The position numbers were made by a program, and so were the translations under genes. The notes under the pieces are model-generated. The model ran no database searches, had not been told where the DNA came from, and worked only from the letters and a program-made list of their open reading frames with translations. A stretch of DNA of 62,905 bases, counting the filler, from Octopus bimaculoides (taxonomy: Eukaryota): NCBI RefSeq assembly GCF_001194135.2. It is 4 parts of 4 records of this genome, joined end to end, with 100 filler letters (N's around TTAATTAATTAA, not from the genome) between each part and the next. Parts side by side here need not be neighbours in the genome. Positions count along the whole stretch, not along the records: positions 28,079 to 49,875 come from NC_069004.1; 3 more parts are not named here. One strand, written 5' to 3'. Shown here piece by piece: positions 27,979-39,118 of this stretch; position 1 is the stretch's first letter; each line of letters starts with the position of its first letter.

Positions 27979-28163
27979 NNNNNNNNNNNNNNNNNNNNNN
28001 NNNNNNNNNNNNNNNNNNNNNNTTAATTAATTAANNNNNNNNNNNNNNNNNNNNNNNNNNNNNNNNNNNNNNNNNNNNTATATATATATATATATATATA
28101 ATTACATGCATAAGTTTATATGTGTGTGCATGCGTGTGTGTAGGTGTGTATGTGGGTGTGTCC

Positions 28164-28200
<37 letters not shown>

Positions 28201-28397
28201 ATTATAAATATCTAAAAAAACTATATAGAAATGTGTATATAATTCGATAATATATATATGTATAGAAATACAGTTATACATAACCACATATAAGTATATA
28301 TAAGAAACATTTTTGAGTAATTTTTCTATACAATATTATTATCATTGTTTACATTATTTATATTTGACGGATATTGGCTCTCATCTTGTTTGTTGTT

Positions 28398-28443
28398 AAC
28401 ACAACGTTTCGGTTGATAAACCCTCCAGCTTTCATCAGTTATC
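28398..28443 (-). ncRNA. Minimal hammerhead motif, decayed inverted copy
   Basis: Core CTGATGA..GAAACGTT intact. Stem I (GATAA) and stem II (AGCTG/CAACC) are mismatched. Confidence 0.6.
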
Positions 28444-28541
28444 TTGGGGAAATTTCGAACCTGGGTTCTCATTCCTAAGTTATTTTTCGATGTTGTTATT
28501 AACACTTTAGGAATGAGAACCCAAGTTCGAAATTTCCGCAA

Positions 28542-28587
28542 GACACCTGATGAAGATTGGAGGGTATATCAGCCGAAACGTTGTGTT
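28542..28587 (+). ncRNA. Minimal type I hammerhead ribozyme motif (Penelope pLTR type)
   Basis: Stem I GACAC, core CTGATGA(A), stem II GATTG..CAGCC (one mismatch), GAAA, palindromic ACGT stem III, site GUU, then GTGTT closing stem I. Confidence 0.75.
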
Positions 28588-29428
28588 AACAACAAACAAG
28601 ACGAGGACAAATATCCGTCAAATGTAAATAATGTAAATAATGTAAATAATGTACATAATTCCTCATCTCTCAACTATAGAACTGTATTAATAATATAACC
28701 ATATNNNNNNNNNNNNNNNNNNNNNNNNNNNNNNNNNNNNNNNNNNNNNNNNNNNNNNNNNNNNNNNNNNNNNNNNNNNNNNNNNNNNNNNNNNNNNNNN
28801 NNNNNNNNNNNNNNNNNNNNNNNNNNNNNNNNNNNNNNNNNNNNNNNNNNNNNNNNNNNNNNNNNNNNNNNNNNNNNNNNNNNNNNNNNNNNNNNNNNNN
28901 NNNNNNNNNNNNNNNNNNNNNNNNNNNNNNNNNNNNNNNNNNNNNNNNNNNNNNNNNNNNNNNNNNNNNNNNNNNNNNNNNNNNNNNNNNNNNNNNNNNN
29001 NNNNNNNNNNNNNNNNNNNNNNNNNNNNNNNNNNNNNNNNNNNNNNNNNNNNNNNNNNNNNNNNNNNNNNNNNNNNNNNNNNNNNNNNNNNNNNNNNNNN
29101 NNNNNNNNNNNNNNNNNNNNNNNNNNNNNNNNNNNNNNNNNNNNNNNNNNNNNNNNNNNNNNNNNNNNNNNNNNNNNNNNNNNNNNNNNNNNNNNNNNNN
29201 NNNNNNNNNNNNNNNNNNNNNNNNNNNNNNNNNNNNNNNNNNNNNNNNNNNNNNNNNNNNNNNNNNNNNNNNNNNNNNNNNNNNNNNNNNNNNNNNNNNN
29301 NNNNNNNNNNNNNNNNNNNNNNNNNNNNNNNNNNNNNNNNNNNNNNNNNNNNNNNNNNNNNNNNNNNNNNNNNNNNNNNNNNNNNNNNNNNNNNNNNNNN
29401 NNNNNNNNNNNNNNNNNNNNNNNNNNNN

Positions 29429-29479
<51 letters not shown>

Positions 29480-29492
29480 TAGATAGATAGAT

Positions 29493-29549
<57 letters not shown>

Positions 29550-30209
29550 TATAGATAGATAGATTGATAGATAGATTATTTTATTTTATATTGTATTGTA
29601 TTGTATTGTATCATATATTATATTACTTTTTATTGTTATATATTATATATATAGAAAGAGAGAGAAAAGTAGATAATATATATAATATATTATATGTATG
29701 TATTTATGCATGTATGTATGTATGATGGTATGCATGCATGTATGTATGTATGTGTATAAGCTGTAAGATATGAAAAATATATATTATACATTTTAGACAT
29801 GAAGCAATGCAAAGTTAAGCAATTTACGAAGCTCTAGTCATTATTTATATTATTATTATTTTAATTGTTAGTGTAATCAGTAAGATTATATAATATCTTG
29901 CATTTTACTGCAGGCTGATGAGAAAAAAATAGTTAGCTATATCCTGTAGTACGGTAAATTCCTGGAACGGCATTTTAATTAAAACGGTTCTACGTCTGTA
30001 ACCATTAATCCAAAAGAAGAATGCTGATAAATTTGGTACATGTAGGAGTGAAGATTCTAGAGCTGCCGGTCCTTGGTCTTGAAAGAGTGGTCGATTGAAT
30101 TTAATTGGTTTGAATGCTTGAGCAAAGTATACTGATTATTTGAATTTATTCTTTAAACCATTAATGATAACAGTATAGTTTAGCAATGCAATGTTATCAC
30201 TAATAATTC

Positions 30210-30247
<38 letters not shown>

Positions 30248-30972
30248 ATTTTCACTTCTACACATTTCAAACAACGTTACGACAGTCATATTCACACATT
30301 TAAAACTATCTATAAGAAAATACTATCGAAATTGTTGGGAAAGAATCAGCAGAAAAATTCAGTGTTTTCACTGAGATGGAAAATTGTATTTAGGGTTAAA
30401 TCTATACCTAAAAGTTTAACTTTTTGCGAAAATACTTTCTGTTTAAACATAGGACCTCAATATCCTCACTTCTACAAACCCAGAGTCGAGAACTTTATCC
30501 ACTTTTACTCACGTCGGACACAGTTTGCTGCAGAATCACTTATACGCGTGTCAGTGTATGTGTGTGTGTCTGTCTGTCTATCTGTATGTATGTATGTCTG
30601 TCTGTCTGTCTGTTTGTTTGTGTCATGTTCGCGCGAACAGTTAGTTGGTAATCCATTTTCCTAACAAGCAAGGCAGGAATAATTTTGTATTTTAATTTTT
30701 ATCAAATTAACTAGAATATTTTAGAAATAAGCTTTGTACCGAACTGTCAGTTGTATTTTTTCCAGTTTTCTCACTTTCACCTCTAGTGACCTCCGGTGTA
30801 TATGGAACAGATAGCTATAACCAAAATACAGCATTATAGGAATATAAGATTAATTGCATTAATAAAAAAAGTGAACATTAAAATTTCAATAAAATATTAA
30901 ATAAAAAAGTCAATCAGATGAAGATTATATATTGATTTATGATATATGAAATAGATAGATAGACCATATATG

Positions 30973-31014
<42 letters not shown>

Positions 31015-31173
31015 TTGTTTTGCAAGATTTTTGATGTGAAATCGTGTGTTGAAACAGATGTTGTTGTACTTGGGGATGGTCATATTGCCAGTTTAGCCAA
31101 TAAAAACACACGCACTGTATATTTGGTGTTAATTTGCTTCAGCTTTATATTACATTAATCTTAATCTTATTTC

Positions 31174-31218
31174 GGCCAGAGTTCTTTCGTCACACTTCTG
31201 TGACCTCATCAGTGGTCC
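31174..31218 (-). ncRNA. Minimal type I hammerhead motif, second family
   Basis: GGACCA-CTGATGA-G-GTCAC agaagt GTGAC-GAAA-GAAC-TC-TGGCC. Stem II is perfect, the site is CUC, and stem I has one bulge. Confidence 0.75.
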
Positions 31219-31334
31219 TTTGTTTCCTTCCTTCTTATGTGTGTCTCACCTTGCTAAATATCAGCCATATAATCAGTATACAAAATGGCTGATATTTAGC
31301 AAGGTGAGACACACATAAGAAGGAAGGAAACAAA

Positions 31335-31379
31335 GGACCACTGATGAGGTCACAGAAGTGTAACGAAAGAACTCTGGCC
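31335..31379 (+). ncRNA. Minimal type I hammerhead motif, inverted partner
   Basis: Same as above but stem II reads GTCAC/GTAAC (one mismatch). Confidence 0.7.
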
Positions 31380-32004
31380 AGAATAAGATTAAGATTAATG
31401 TAATATAAAGCTGAAGCAAATTAACACCAAATATACAGTGCGTGTGTTTTTATTGGCTAAACTGGCAATATGACCATCCCCAAGTACAACAATATATATN
31501 NNNNNNNNNNNNNNNNNNNNNNNNNNNNNNNNNNNNNNNNNNNNNNNNNNNNNNNNNNNNNNNNNNNNNNNNNNNNNNNNNNNNNNNNNNNNNNNNNNNN
31601 NNNNNNNNNNNNNNNNNNNNNNNNNNNNNNNNNNNNNNNNNNNNNNNNNNNNNNNNNNNNNNNNNNNNNNNNNNNNNNNNNNNNNNNNNNNNNNNNNNNN
31701 NNNNNNNNNNNNNNNNNNNNNNNNNNNNNNNNNNNNNNNNNNNNNNNNNNNNNNNNNNNNNNNNNNNNNNNNNNNNNNNNNNNNNNNNNNNNNNNNNNNN
31801 NNNNNNNNNNNNNNNNNNNNNNNNNNNNNNNNNNNNNNNNNNNNNNNNNNNNNNNNNNNNNNNNNNNNNNNNNNNNNNNNNNNNNNNNNNNNNNNNNNNN
31901 NNNNNNNNNNNNNNNNNNNNNNNNNNNNNNNNNNNNNNNNNNNNNNNNNNNNNNNNNNNNNNNNNNNNNNNNNNNNNNNNNNNNNNNNNNNNNNNNNNNN
32001 NNNN

Positions 32005-32056
<52 letters not shown>

Positions 32057-32251
32057 TTATAAGAAGGGATGGTATTACGAAATACCATCACATGTGGCAA
32101 GCGAGTTTATCAGCCGTACAGGTAAAATGTATACATACAATACAAGTTATACTCATATATATATATATATACATAAATAGATAGATAGATAGATAGATAG
32201 ATAAATAGGTACATAGATAGATATATAGATATACACGACGGCACTACATAG

Positions 32252-32501
32252 GCACTTGCATCGCTAAAAATAGAAGTCAAAAGTACTTCTGTACCACAGA
32301 ATAGTCACAAATCAGATTGAGGCATGGTAGGAAAAAACTCCAGTGCACAAGCAATACTGGTCAACTTGCTTGTACTGACCTAGAAGAGGTAAGACGTTTT
32401 TAATGTTCACTGGAAGTTTTTTCCTACCATGCCTATATTAGATTTGTAGCTATCCTGTGGTACAGAAGTATTTTTGACTTCTATTTTAGCGATGTACGTG
32501 C
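32252..32501. mobile_element. MITE-like element with ~95 bp inverted arms
   Basis: gcacttgcatcgctaaaaatagaagtcaaaag... pairs with ...tttttgacttctattttagcgatgtacgtgc. Confidence 0.7.
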
Positions 32502-32964
32502 TCATGTGGTGGCTTCGTGTATATATATATATATATATNNNNNNNNNNNNNNNNNNNNNNNNNNNNNNNNNNNNNNNNNNNNNNNNNNNNNNNNNNNNNN
32601 NNNNNNNNNNNNNNNNNNNNNNNNNNNNNNNNNNNNNNNNNNNNNNNNNNNNNNNNNNNNNNNNNNNNNNNNNNNNNNNNNNNNNNNNNNNNNNNNNNNN
32701 NNNNNNNNNNNNNNNNNNNNNNNNNNNNNNNNNNNNNNNNNNNNNNNNNNNNNNNNNNNNNNNNNNNNNNNNNNNNNNNNNNNNNNNNNNNNNNNNNNNN
32801 NNNNNNNNNNNNNNNNNNNNNNNNNNNNNNNNNNNNNNNTATATATATATAAGTCATCTCTACAGGTTGTTCACAAGATATCGCAAGTCCATCTCTCTCA
32901 GAATCGAGAGACCACCACAATATTACTTTCAAATTTTGCCACAAGGCCAGCATTTTTTTTTTTT

Positions 32965-33150
32965 TTTTGACGGGGTGTGAATCGATTACATCGACCCCAG
33001 TGCACAACTGGTACTCATTTTAACGACCCCGAAAGGATGAAAGGTAGAGTTGGCCTCTGTAGAATTTGAACTCAGAACATAAAGACGGAAGAAATGCCGC
33101 TAAGCATTTTGTCCGACGTGCTAACGATTCAGTCAGCTTGCTGCCTTAAA
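32965..33150 (-). mobile_element. tRNA-derived SINE
   Basis: Reverse complement of the same consensus. Confidence 0.7.
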
Positions 33151-35042
33151 GGATAGCATAATATTAACATATTTTAAATTATTTAATGAAATGATAGATG
33201 AAATTCAGCTGGATGTTTCACTTATACAACGAATAAAAAATTATTAATGTTTTCTAATATATATAATAGCAGGAATTGAACTCTTTCTGGCCATATTTTT
33301 GAAAATTAGATTTTGTATAAAAAAAGAAATATTAAAAATTTTAGTCAGAAACAAAAAATGTCAGAAAGTCAGAAACAAGAAAAGAATGAAGATGTAAATA
33401 CTGAGAGAACATTGAGGGGAAGCAATGGTGAGTAAAAATGGTGTGAAATTTTCCTTAACTGTTTAAGGATTTTAAAAATGGAAGAGTAAATAGACAAAGT
33501 AAAACCTCAAGAAGAGATGAGAGTAGCATATAGAAAATAGGGTGATAAATAAAAGTAAAGAAAATCAAGGAGAGATAAATATAGAGAGGGGAGAATGAGG
33601 TAAGATAAAGAAGGTTAAGGAAGAGAGAAAAGAGGTTAGAGCTCATAACATTAGGGTAAACGAATCACAAAAGGAAATCATTGGCTCTGTTATTTCTAAT
33701 AAGTCAGCGCTTACTTATATAGGTTCTACTTCCATATACTTTAAAATACGATAAAATATCACTGCAACACTTTTATAAACCCAAATATATAAACGAAATA
33801 ATACTCCTGCAATTTATATAGAAGTTTAAGTAGAAAGCTAAGCCTTACGTAGGAGATAGAAGACCTTATAATTTATGTTTGAGTGAAATCTTGACCACTA
33901 TATATATACTATATGCTAAGCGAAACAAGCTGCTGTTGAGCTTTCGTGTATCCCGGTCAGTTGGTGTCTTCATCACTCTGTATACATTTCTATTGCATTT
34001 CAGACTTTGTGCCTACTGCTGTAAATATATTTGTAGACAATTCAGTTTCGGTGCGCAAATATCAAAAAACACTATCCATTTCTTTGCGGAGCATAGATTC
34101 GATCCACGTACTCTTCTGGGTTATGAAACAGCGTGCTTCCTCTGTAACACTCTACTCAATGAATGATTAAGCGAATATAAGGTATTACATTTCTTTTTAT
34201 TGTCCGTTCTGTTACATTACTTCTATTTGTGTTATCTACCATATGTTATGTCTATGCATTGGACTGCTTCAAATGTACGCAATACATACTGCAGCACTGG
34301 GATGTTAATTTACTTACTGAAAGACATTTCATTCTGCCGATACTCCAAGAGTCACATTTGACAAACCGCATGTATAGGTCTATACGTTGCCGATTTTGTT
34401 CTGTAGGCGGGGGGGGGGGCCTCTTCATTTGCTATTTTCAGACCAGCCAAAAGCAAATCAATTCTATAGATGTTTCCCCAGGGCAGTGTAGCAAGCAAGA
34501 TCGCCACTAATGTTTTGCTAAGTAAACATAATGAAAGGATTTCTTGTAAACACAGAGCCTCTTCGCCACCTAGCAAACATAAATTATGCTTCTAACTTTT
34601 ACTGATCTCACCTAAGCGTTTGCGTATCTTACCACATGTTTGGTGTTTTATATTATTTTCTAATTTATTTTTAATCTTTCTATCTATATTTTAATTATTA
34701 TCTACTTACTTAAGATGAGTTGTCTCCATTTTTAACCTTCAAAAATTTTACATGTATTAAGATTTAAAGTTATTATACAAGCTAACTTAAATATTTCGCT
34801 CCTTGATATATTTTATTTCTCCTATTAATTTTAGACAACTTTTTAAGTCGGAACGGTTAATTGTAAGGCTTCTGTGTAACATGTAATCTATTCCCTATAA
34901 TCCACATGCGTCTTCTTCGCTATCCCTACTATTCTGTACGTCTCTAAACTTTTGTACGCTGCTATATACTTCATAATCGTTTCTTCTCATATCCCCAATA
35001 TTTAATCTACTTTTTCCAGTCAAACTTCCATTTCGTTTAGAA

Positions 35043-35340
35043 CAGTGATTCTCAAGGTGGGGCCTTGGAAATTTGTGGAGGGCTGTGGGATCCAATTTTT
35101 TTATCTTTTTTTTTTTAATTTTAAGTGGGACATGGAACTGTGAAAATCTTTTTTTTTAATCAATAACGTACTTTTTTTTACTCCTTACTTACTAAAAAGT
35201 TACCGGTAGATACTTTTGTATTAAGTAATCGTGATAAAATGATAATAATCAAGTTGTTATTTTTTCCAGCCTCTGGTGGGGGCATACATTTTTCTGGAAA
35301 GTTATAGTGGGGCCTGAAGAAAATAGGCTGGGAAACACTG
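35043..35340. mobile_element. hAT/Charlie-like MITE
   Basis: Terminal inverted repeats CAGTGATTCTCAA / CTGGGAAACACTG. The decayed 8-bp flanks gtttagaa and ctttaggg share a TTTAG core. Confidence 0.65.
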
Positions 35341-35633
35341 CTTTAGGGTTTGACTCCAAAGACCTCATATTTTCGCTTTACCGTCTTCTCATCATATATT
35401 CTACTCTTTCCCTCTAAAGTAACACTTCGGCAAGACCACTTAAATTTTAATTCTACCATTGCATATTTTTATATAGTTTCTTTGTTTGATATATTTTCAT
35501 TCCAATCGCCTTAAATTTCTTACACTTAATTTCTTGTTTTAGCTTAGGAACTAGACAGAAAGATAGGTAGTTAGAAGATAGATCGATAAAGCTAAAATAT
35601 AAGGTGTCACAAGAAGATGATGTAGATATGTAC

Positions 35634-35723
35634 CAAAGTGCTTTGTAAGGAATTGGCTGTACTTTGGTCCTTTCCAGGTTTTACAGATGATTGTGATTGT
35701 GGCAATGATGCTGTTCCTGTTGG
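35634..35723 (-). CDS. Ser/Thr/Pro-rich cassette exon, divergent copy (unknown mucin-like gene)
   Basis: catattttgtttgtag|...|GTACAT, 90 nt. Encodes PTGTASLPQSQSSVKPGKDQSTANSLQSTL, 14/30 identical to the 48.1 kb copy, with no indel or stop. Confidence 0.65.
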
Positions 35724-36555
35724 CTACAAACAAAATATGACATTGGTCAAATATATACAAAAATTCCTCTGTGAAAATAGATAATTGCATTAAATTTAAA
35801 TGAAATTGTCAAATGAATATTAAATGGAAATTATATAGCATGCATACGACCCAAATATAAACCACAGAAACACAAATACGCGCACAAACACACATACATA
35901 CATGTACGCGCAAAGAAATACATACACACATAAAAACATGTGGGTGTATAATATAAATATCATTATATATATATATATATATNNNNNNNNNNNNNNNNNN
36001 NNNNNNNNNNNNNNNNNNNNNNNNNNNNNNNNNNNNNNNNNNNNNNNNNNNNNNNNNNNNNNNNNNNNNNNNNNNNNNNNNNNNNNNNNNNNNNNNNNNN
36101 NNNNNNNNNNNNNNNNNNNNNNNNNNNNNNNNNNNNNNNNNNNNNNNNNNNNNNNNNNNNNNNNNNNNNNNNNNNNNNNNNNNNNNNNNNNNNNNNNNNN
36201 NNNNNNNNNNNNNNNNNNNNNNNNNNNNNNNNNNNNNNNNNNNNNNNNNNNNNNNNNNNNNNNNNNNNNNNNNNNNNNNNNNNNNNNNNNNNNNNNNNNN
36301 NNNNNNNNNNNNNNNNNNNNNNNNNNNNNNNNNNNNNNNNNNNNNNNNNNNNNNNNNNNNNNNNNNNNNNNNNNNNNNNNNNNNNNNNNNNNNNNNNNNN
36401 NNNNNNNNNNNNNNNNNNNNNNNNNNNNNNNNNNNNNNNNNNNNNNNNNNNNNNNNNNNNNNNNNNNNNNNNNNNNNNNNNNNNNNNNNNNNNNNNNNNN
36501 NNNNNNNNNNNNNNNNNNNNNNNNNNNNNNNNNNNNNNNNNNNNNNNNNNNNNNN

Positions 36556-36590
<35 letters not shown>

Positions 36591-37336
36591 TGTGTGAGAG
36601 GGTCTGAAAAAATATGTTTTTTTGTTTCAGTTTTGATGTCTGTCTGTTGTAAAATTCAATCCAGCCCACGGCCTACAGATAAGTCCAGAGTGGACTTATA
36701 CAAATTGTCAGGCATATCACTTCAAGACTTTGTCTTGGCTCTCAGTTCTTTAAGAACAAGACATCGCATATTGAGTGTGTGTTTCATATTGTGTGTGTTT
36801 CAAAGTTTCGCCTCGACGGCAATGGATATCGATTTCGAAAAAGATAGACAGGTTCAAAAAAAAAAAAACAATATTCTGTCTGTAGATTCTATAAAATTCG
36901 GAAAATAAATGTCCTTTAATAAACACTGAATATAAAGTTAAACATGTGCAAACATTTTCGGGGTCACCTCGTGTATGTTTGTGTGTGTGTGTGTATGTGT
37001 GTATGTATTTGCATGTGTGTGTGCGTGTTCATGTATGCATATGTGTATATATATGTATATGCATATATACTCTTTTACTCTTTTACTCTTTTACTCGTTT
37101 CAGTCATTTGACTGCGGCCATGCTGGGGCACCACCTTTAAAATATTATCATGTGGAGAATCCGGGCACATTTATATACGTGTGTGCGGATAGATACATAT
37201 ATACGTGCATACGTACATGCATACATAAAAACATACGTACCTGCATTCATATACATGCATACATACATGCATACATACATACATACATACATAGCAAATT
37301 AGTAGATTTCACATGAATATTAAGGGAAATATGTAC

Positions 37337-37366
37337 CGAAGTACTTTGCGAAGAATCTGTTGCAGT
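37337..37366 (-). CDS. Ser/Thr-rich cassette exon, 3' part only (rest in N gap)
   Basis: Encodes ...TATDSSQSTS followed by the same TCG|GTACAT donor. Runs into the gap at 37367. Confidence 0.55.
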
Positions 37367-37996
37367 NNNNNNNNNNNNNNNNNNNNNNNNNNNNNNNNNN
37401 NNNNNNNNNNNNNNNNNNNNNNNNNNNNNNNNNNNNNNNNNNNNNNNNNNNNNNNNNNNNNNNNNNNNNNNNNNNNNNNNNNNNNNNNNNNNNNNNNNNN
37501 NNNNNNNNNNNNNNNNNNNNNNNNNNNNNNNNNNNNNNNNNNNNNNNNNNNNNNNNNNNNNNNNNNNNNNNNNNNNNNNNNNNNNNNNNNNNNNNNNNNN
37601 NNNNNNNNNNNNNNNNNNNNNNNNNNNNNNNNNNNNNNNNNNNNNNNNNNNNNNNNNNNNNNNNNNNNNNNNNNNNNNNNNNNNNNNNNNNNNNNNNNNN
37701 NNNNNNNNNNNNNNNNNNNNNNNNNNNNNNNNNNNNNNNNNNNNNNNNNNNNNNNNNNNNNNNNNNNNNNNNNNNNNNNNNNNNNNNNNNNNNNNNNNNN
37801 NNNNNNNNNNNNNNNNNNNNNNNNNNNNNNNNNNNNNNNNNNNNNNNNNNNNNNNNNNNNNNNNNNNNNNNNNNNNNNNNNNNNNNNNNNNNNNNNNNNN
37901 NNNNNNNNNNNNNNNNNNNNNNNNNNNNNNNNNNNNNNNNNNNNNNNNNNNNNNNNNNNNNNNNNNNNNNNNNNTAGGGTAAAAAAAATCAGATAT

Positions 37997-39118
37997 TAAT
38001 TAATATCGATTTATAACCAGGAAGCCAGCACATTGAAAGAATCAGAGAGATTCAGAAAAAATATCTGAGATCTCAGGGGATCAATGTATATGTGTATATA
38101 ACGACGACCACTAAGTGGACGGTTAATGTGCTAGAAGAAGATCACATGTAATGTGTCTACTAAGACCTAATAGTTCTCAAAAGAAATTCAGTTCTCGAAA
38201 GAAATTTCGCTGAATTTCTTTTGAGAACTATTAGGTCTTAGTAGACACATTACATGTGATCTTCTTCTAGCACATTAACTGTCCACTTAATGGTCGTCGT
38301 TATATATACATATATATATATACAGCTAGAGAGAGAGATAAAAAGAGGAAAGAAAAACGAAGAGCCATGACCGAATCCGATTACAGCTCATTCAACTCTT
38401 CACACTGGGAATTTCTTTAACAGGAAACCATTTAGGAACTAGAATTGGCTGCTATGACAGTATTTATGAAATTGTATAAATACGGGAATCAATGCGTGTG
38501 TTTGTGTTTCTGTGTGTGTGCTGAGAGAGAAATGAGATCGATAGATAAAGAGAGATACATAGACAGATACACAGATTCTAAATAGAAATGGTGACAGAAA
38601 TCCAGACGTCCAAACTGACAGACAGACTGACGGGCGGACAGACGGGCGGACAGACAAACGGATGGACTGGCATGCAAGTAAATAGAGAGGTAAACAGACA
38701 AAACAACAGAGTAAAAAATAAATAGACATGCAAACAGAAGAAAGGTATATAAATATAAAAGAAAGCATTATATAAATGTTATATAGAGATTGTATACATA
38801 AATGATTTGCAGACGATAGGTGAGAGTCATCGCCAAATGATGGTAAGAAAGTATTGATTTCGAAACCATGGTCTACAGATAACCTATTTATTTCTATAAT
38901 TTTCACTAGTCTCGCCCGTTTGTTTTTGCTTCTCTGAATTTTTTCTTTGAAAATTTTTAAGTGATCTTCTTCTAGCACATTAGCAGTCCCCTTAGTGGTC
39001 TCTTTTATATATACATATACAATAATCCTTTTGAGATCTCACAAAAAAAATTTTCTGAATCTTCTGATTCTTTTAATGTGCTGGTTTCCTGCTATTAAAT
39101 TAATATTATTTAATATCA
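37997..39118. repeat. Nested inverted repeats
   Basis: Near-perfect palindrome with arms 38091-38191 and 38210-38310 (spacer 18 bp). A diverged inverted copy of ~37997-38145 lies at ~38960-39118. Confidence 0.85.

Larger units (their letters stand above)
28344..28642. repeat. Head-to-head palindrome of a Penelope pLTR-type repeat
   Basis: Arms ~28344-28478 and ~28507-28642, spacer 28 bp. Confidence 0.9.
31062..31491. repeat. Near-perfect palindrome carrying two hammerheads
   Basis: Arms 31062-31268 and 31285-31491, spacer 16 bp. Confidence 0.95.

Noticed and set aside
28023-28034. TTAATTAATTAA islands between N runs (also 49920-49931 and 60431-60442)
   Set aside because: An identical six-frame-stop 12-mer inside symmetric N padding is an assembly spacer, not biology. 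Contig order across these joins is less certain.
33994-36910. Short plus-strand ORFs after AG-like sites (~34014, ~34441, ~36665; similarly ~57502) and a minus-strand candidate ending at a GTAAGT near 34317
   Set aside because: No recognisable homology, no consistent chain of donors and acceptors, and lengths compatible with chance.
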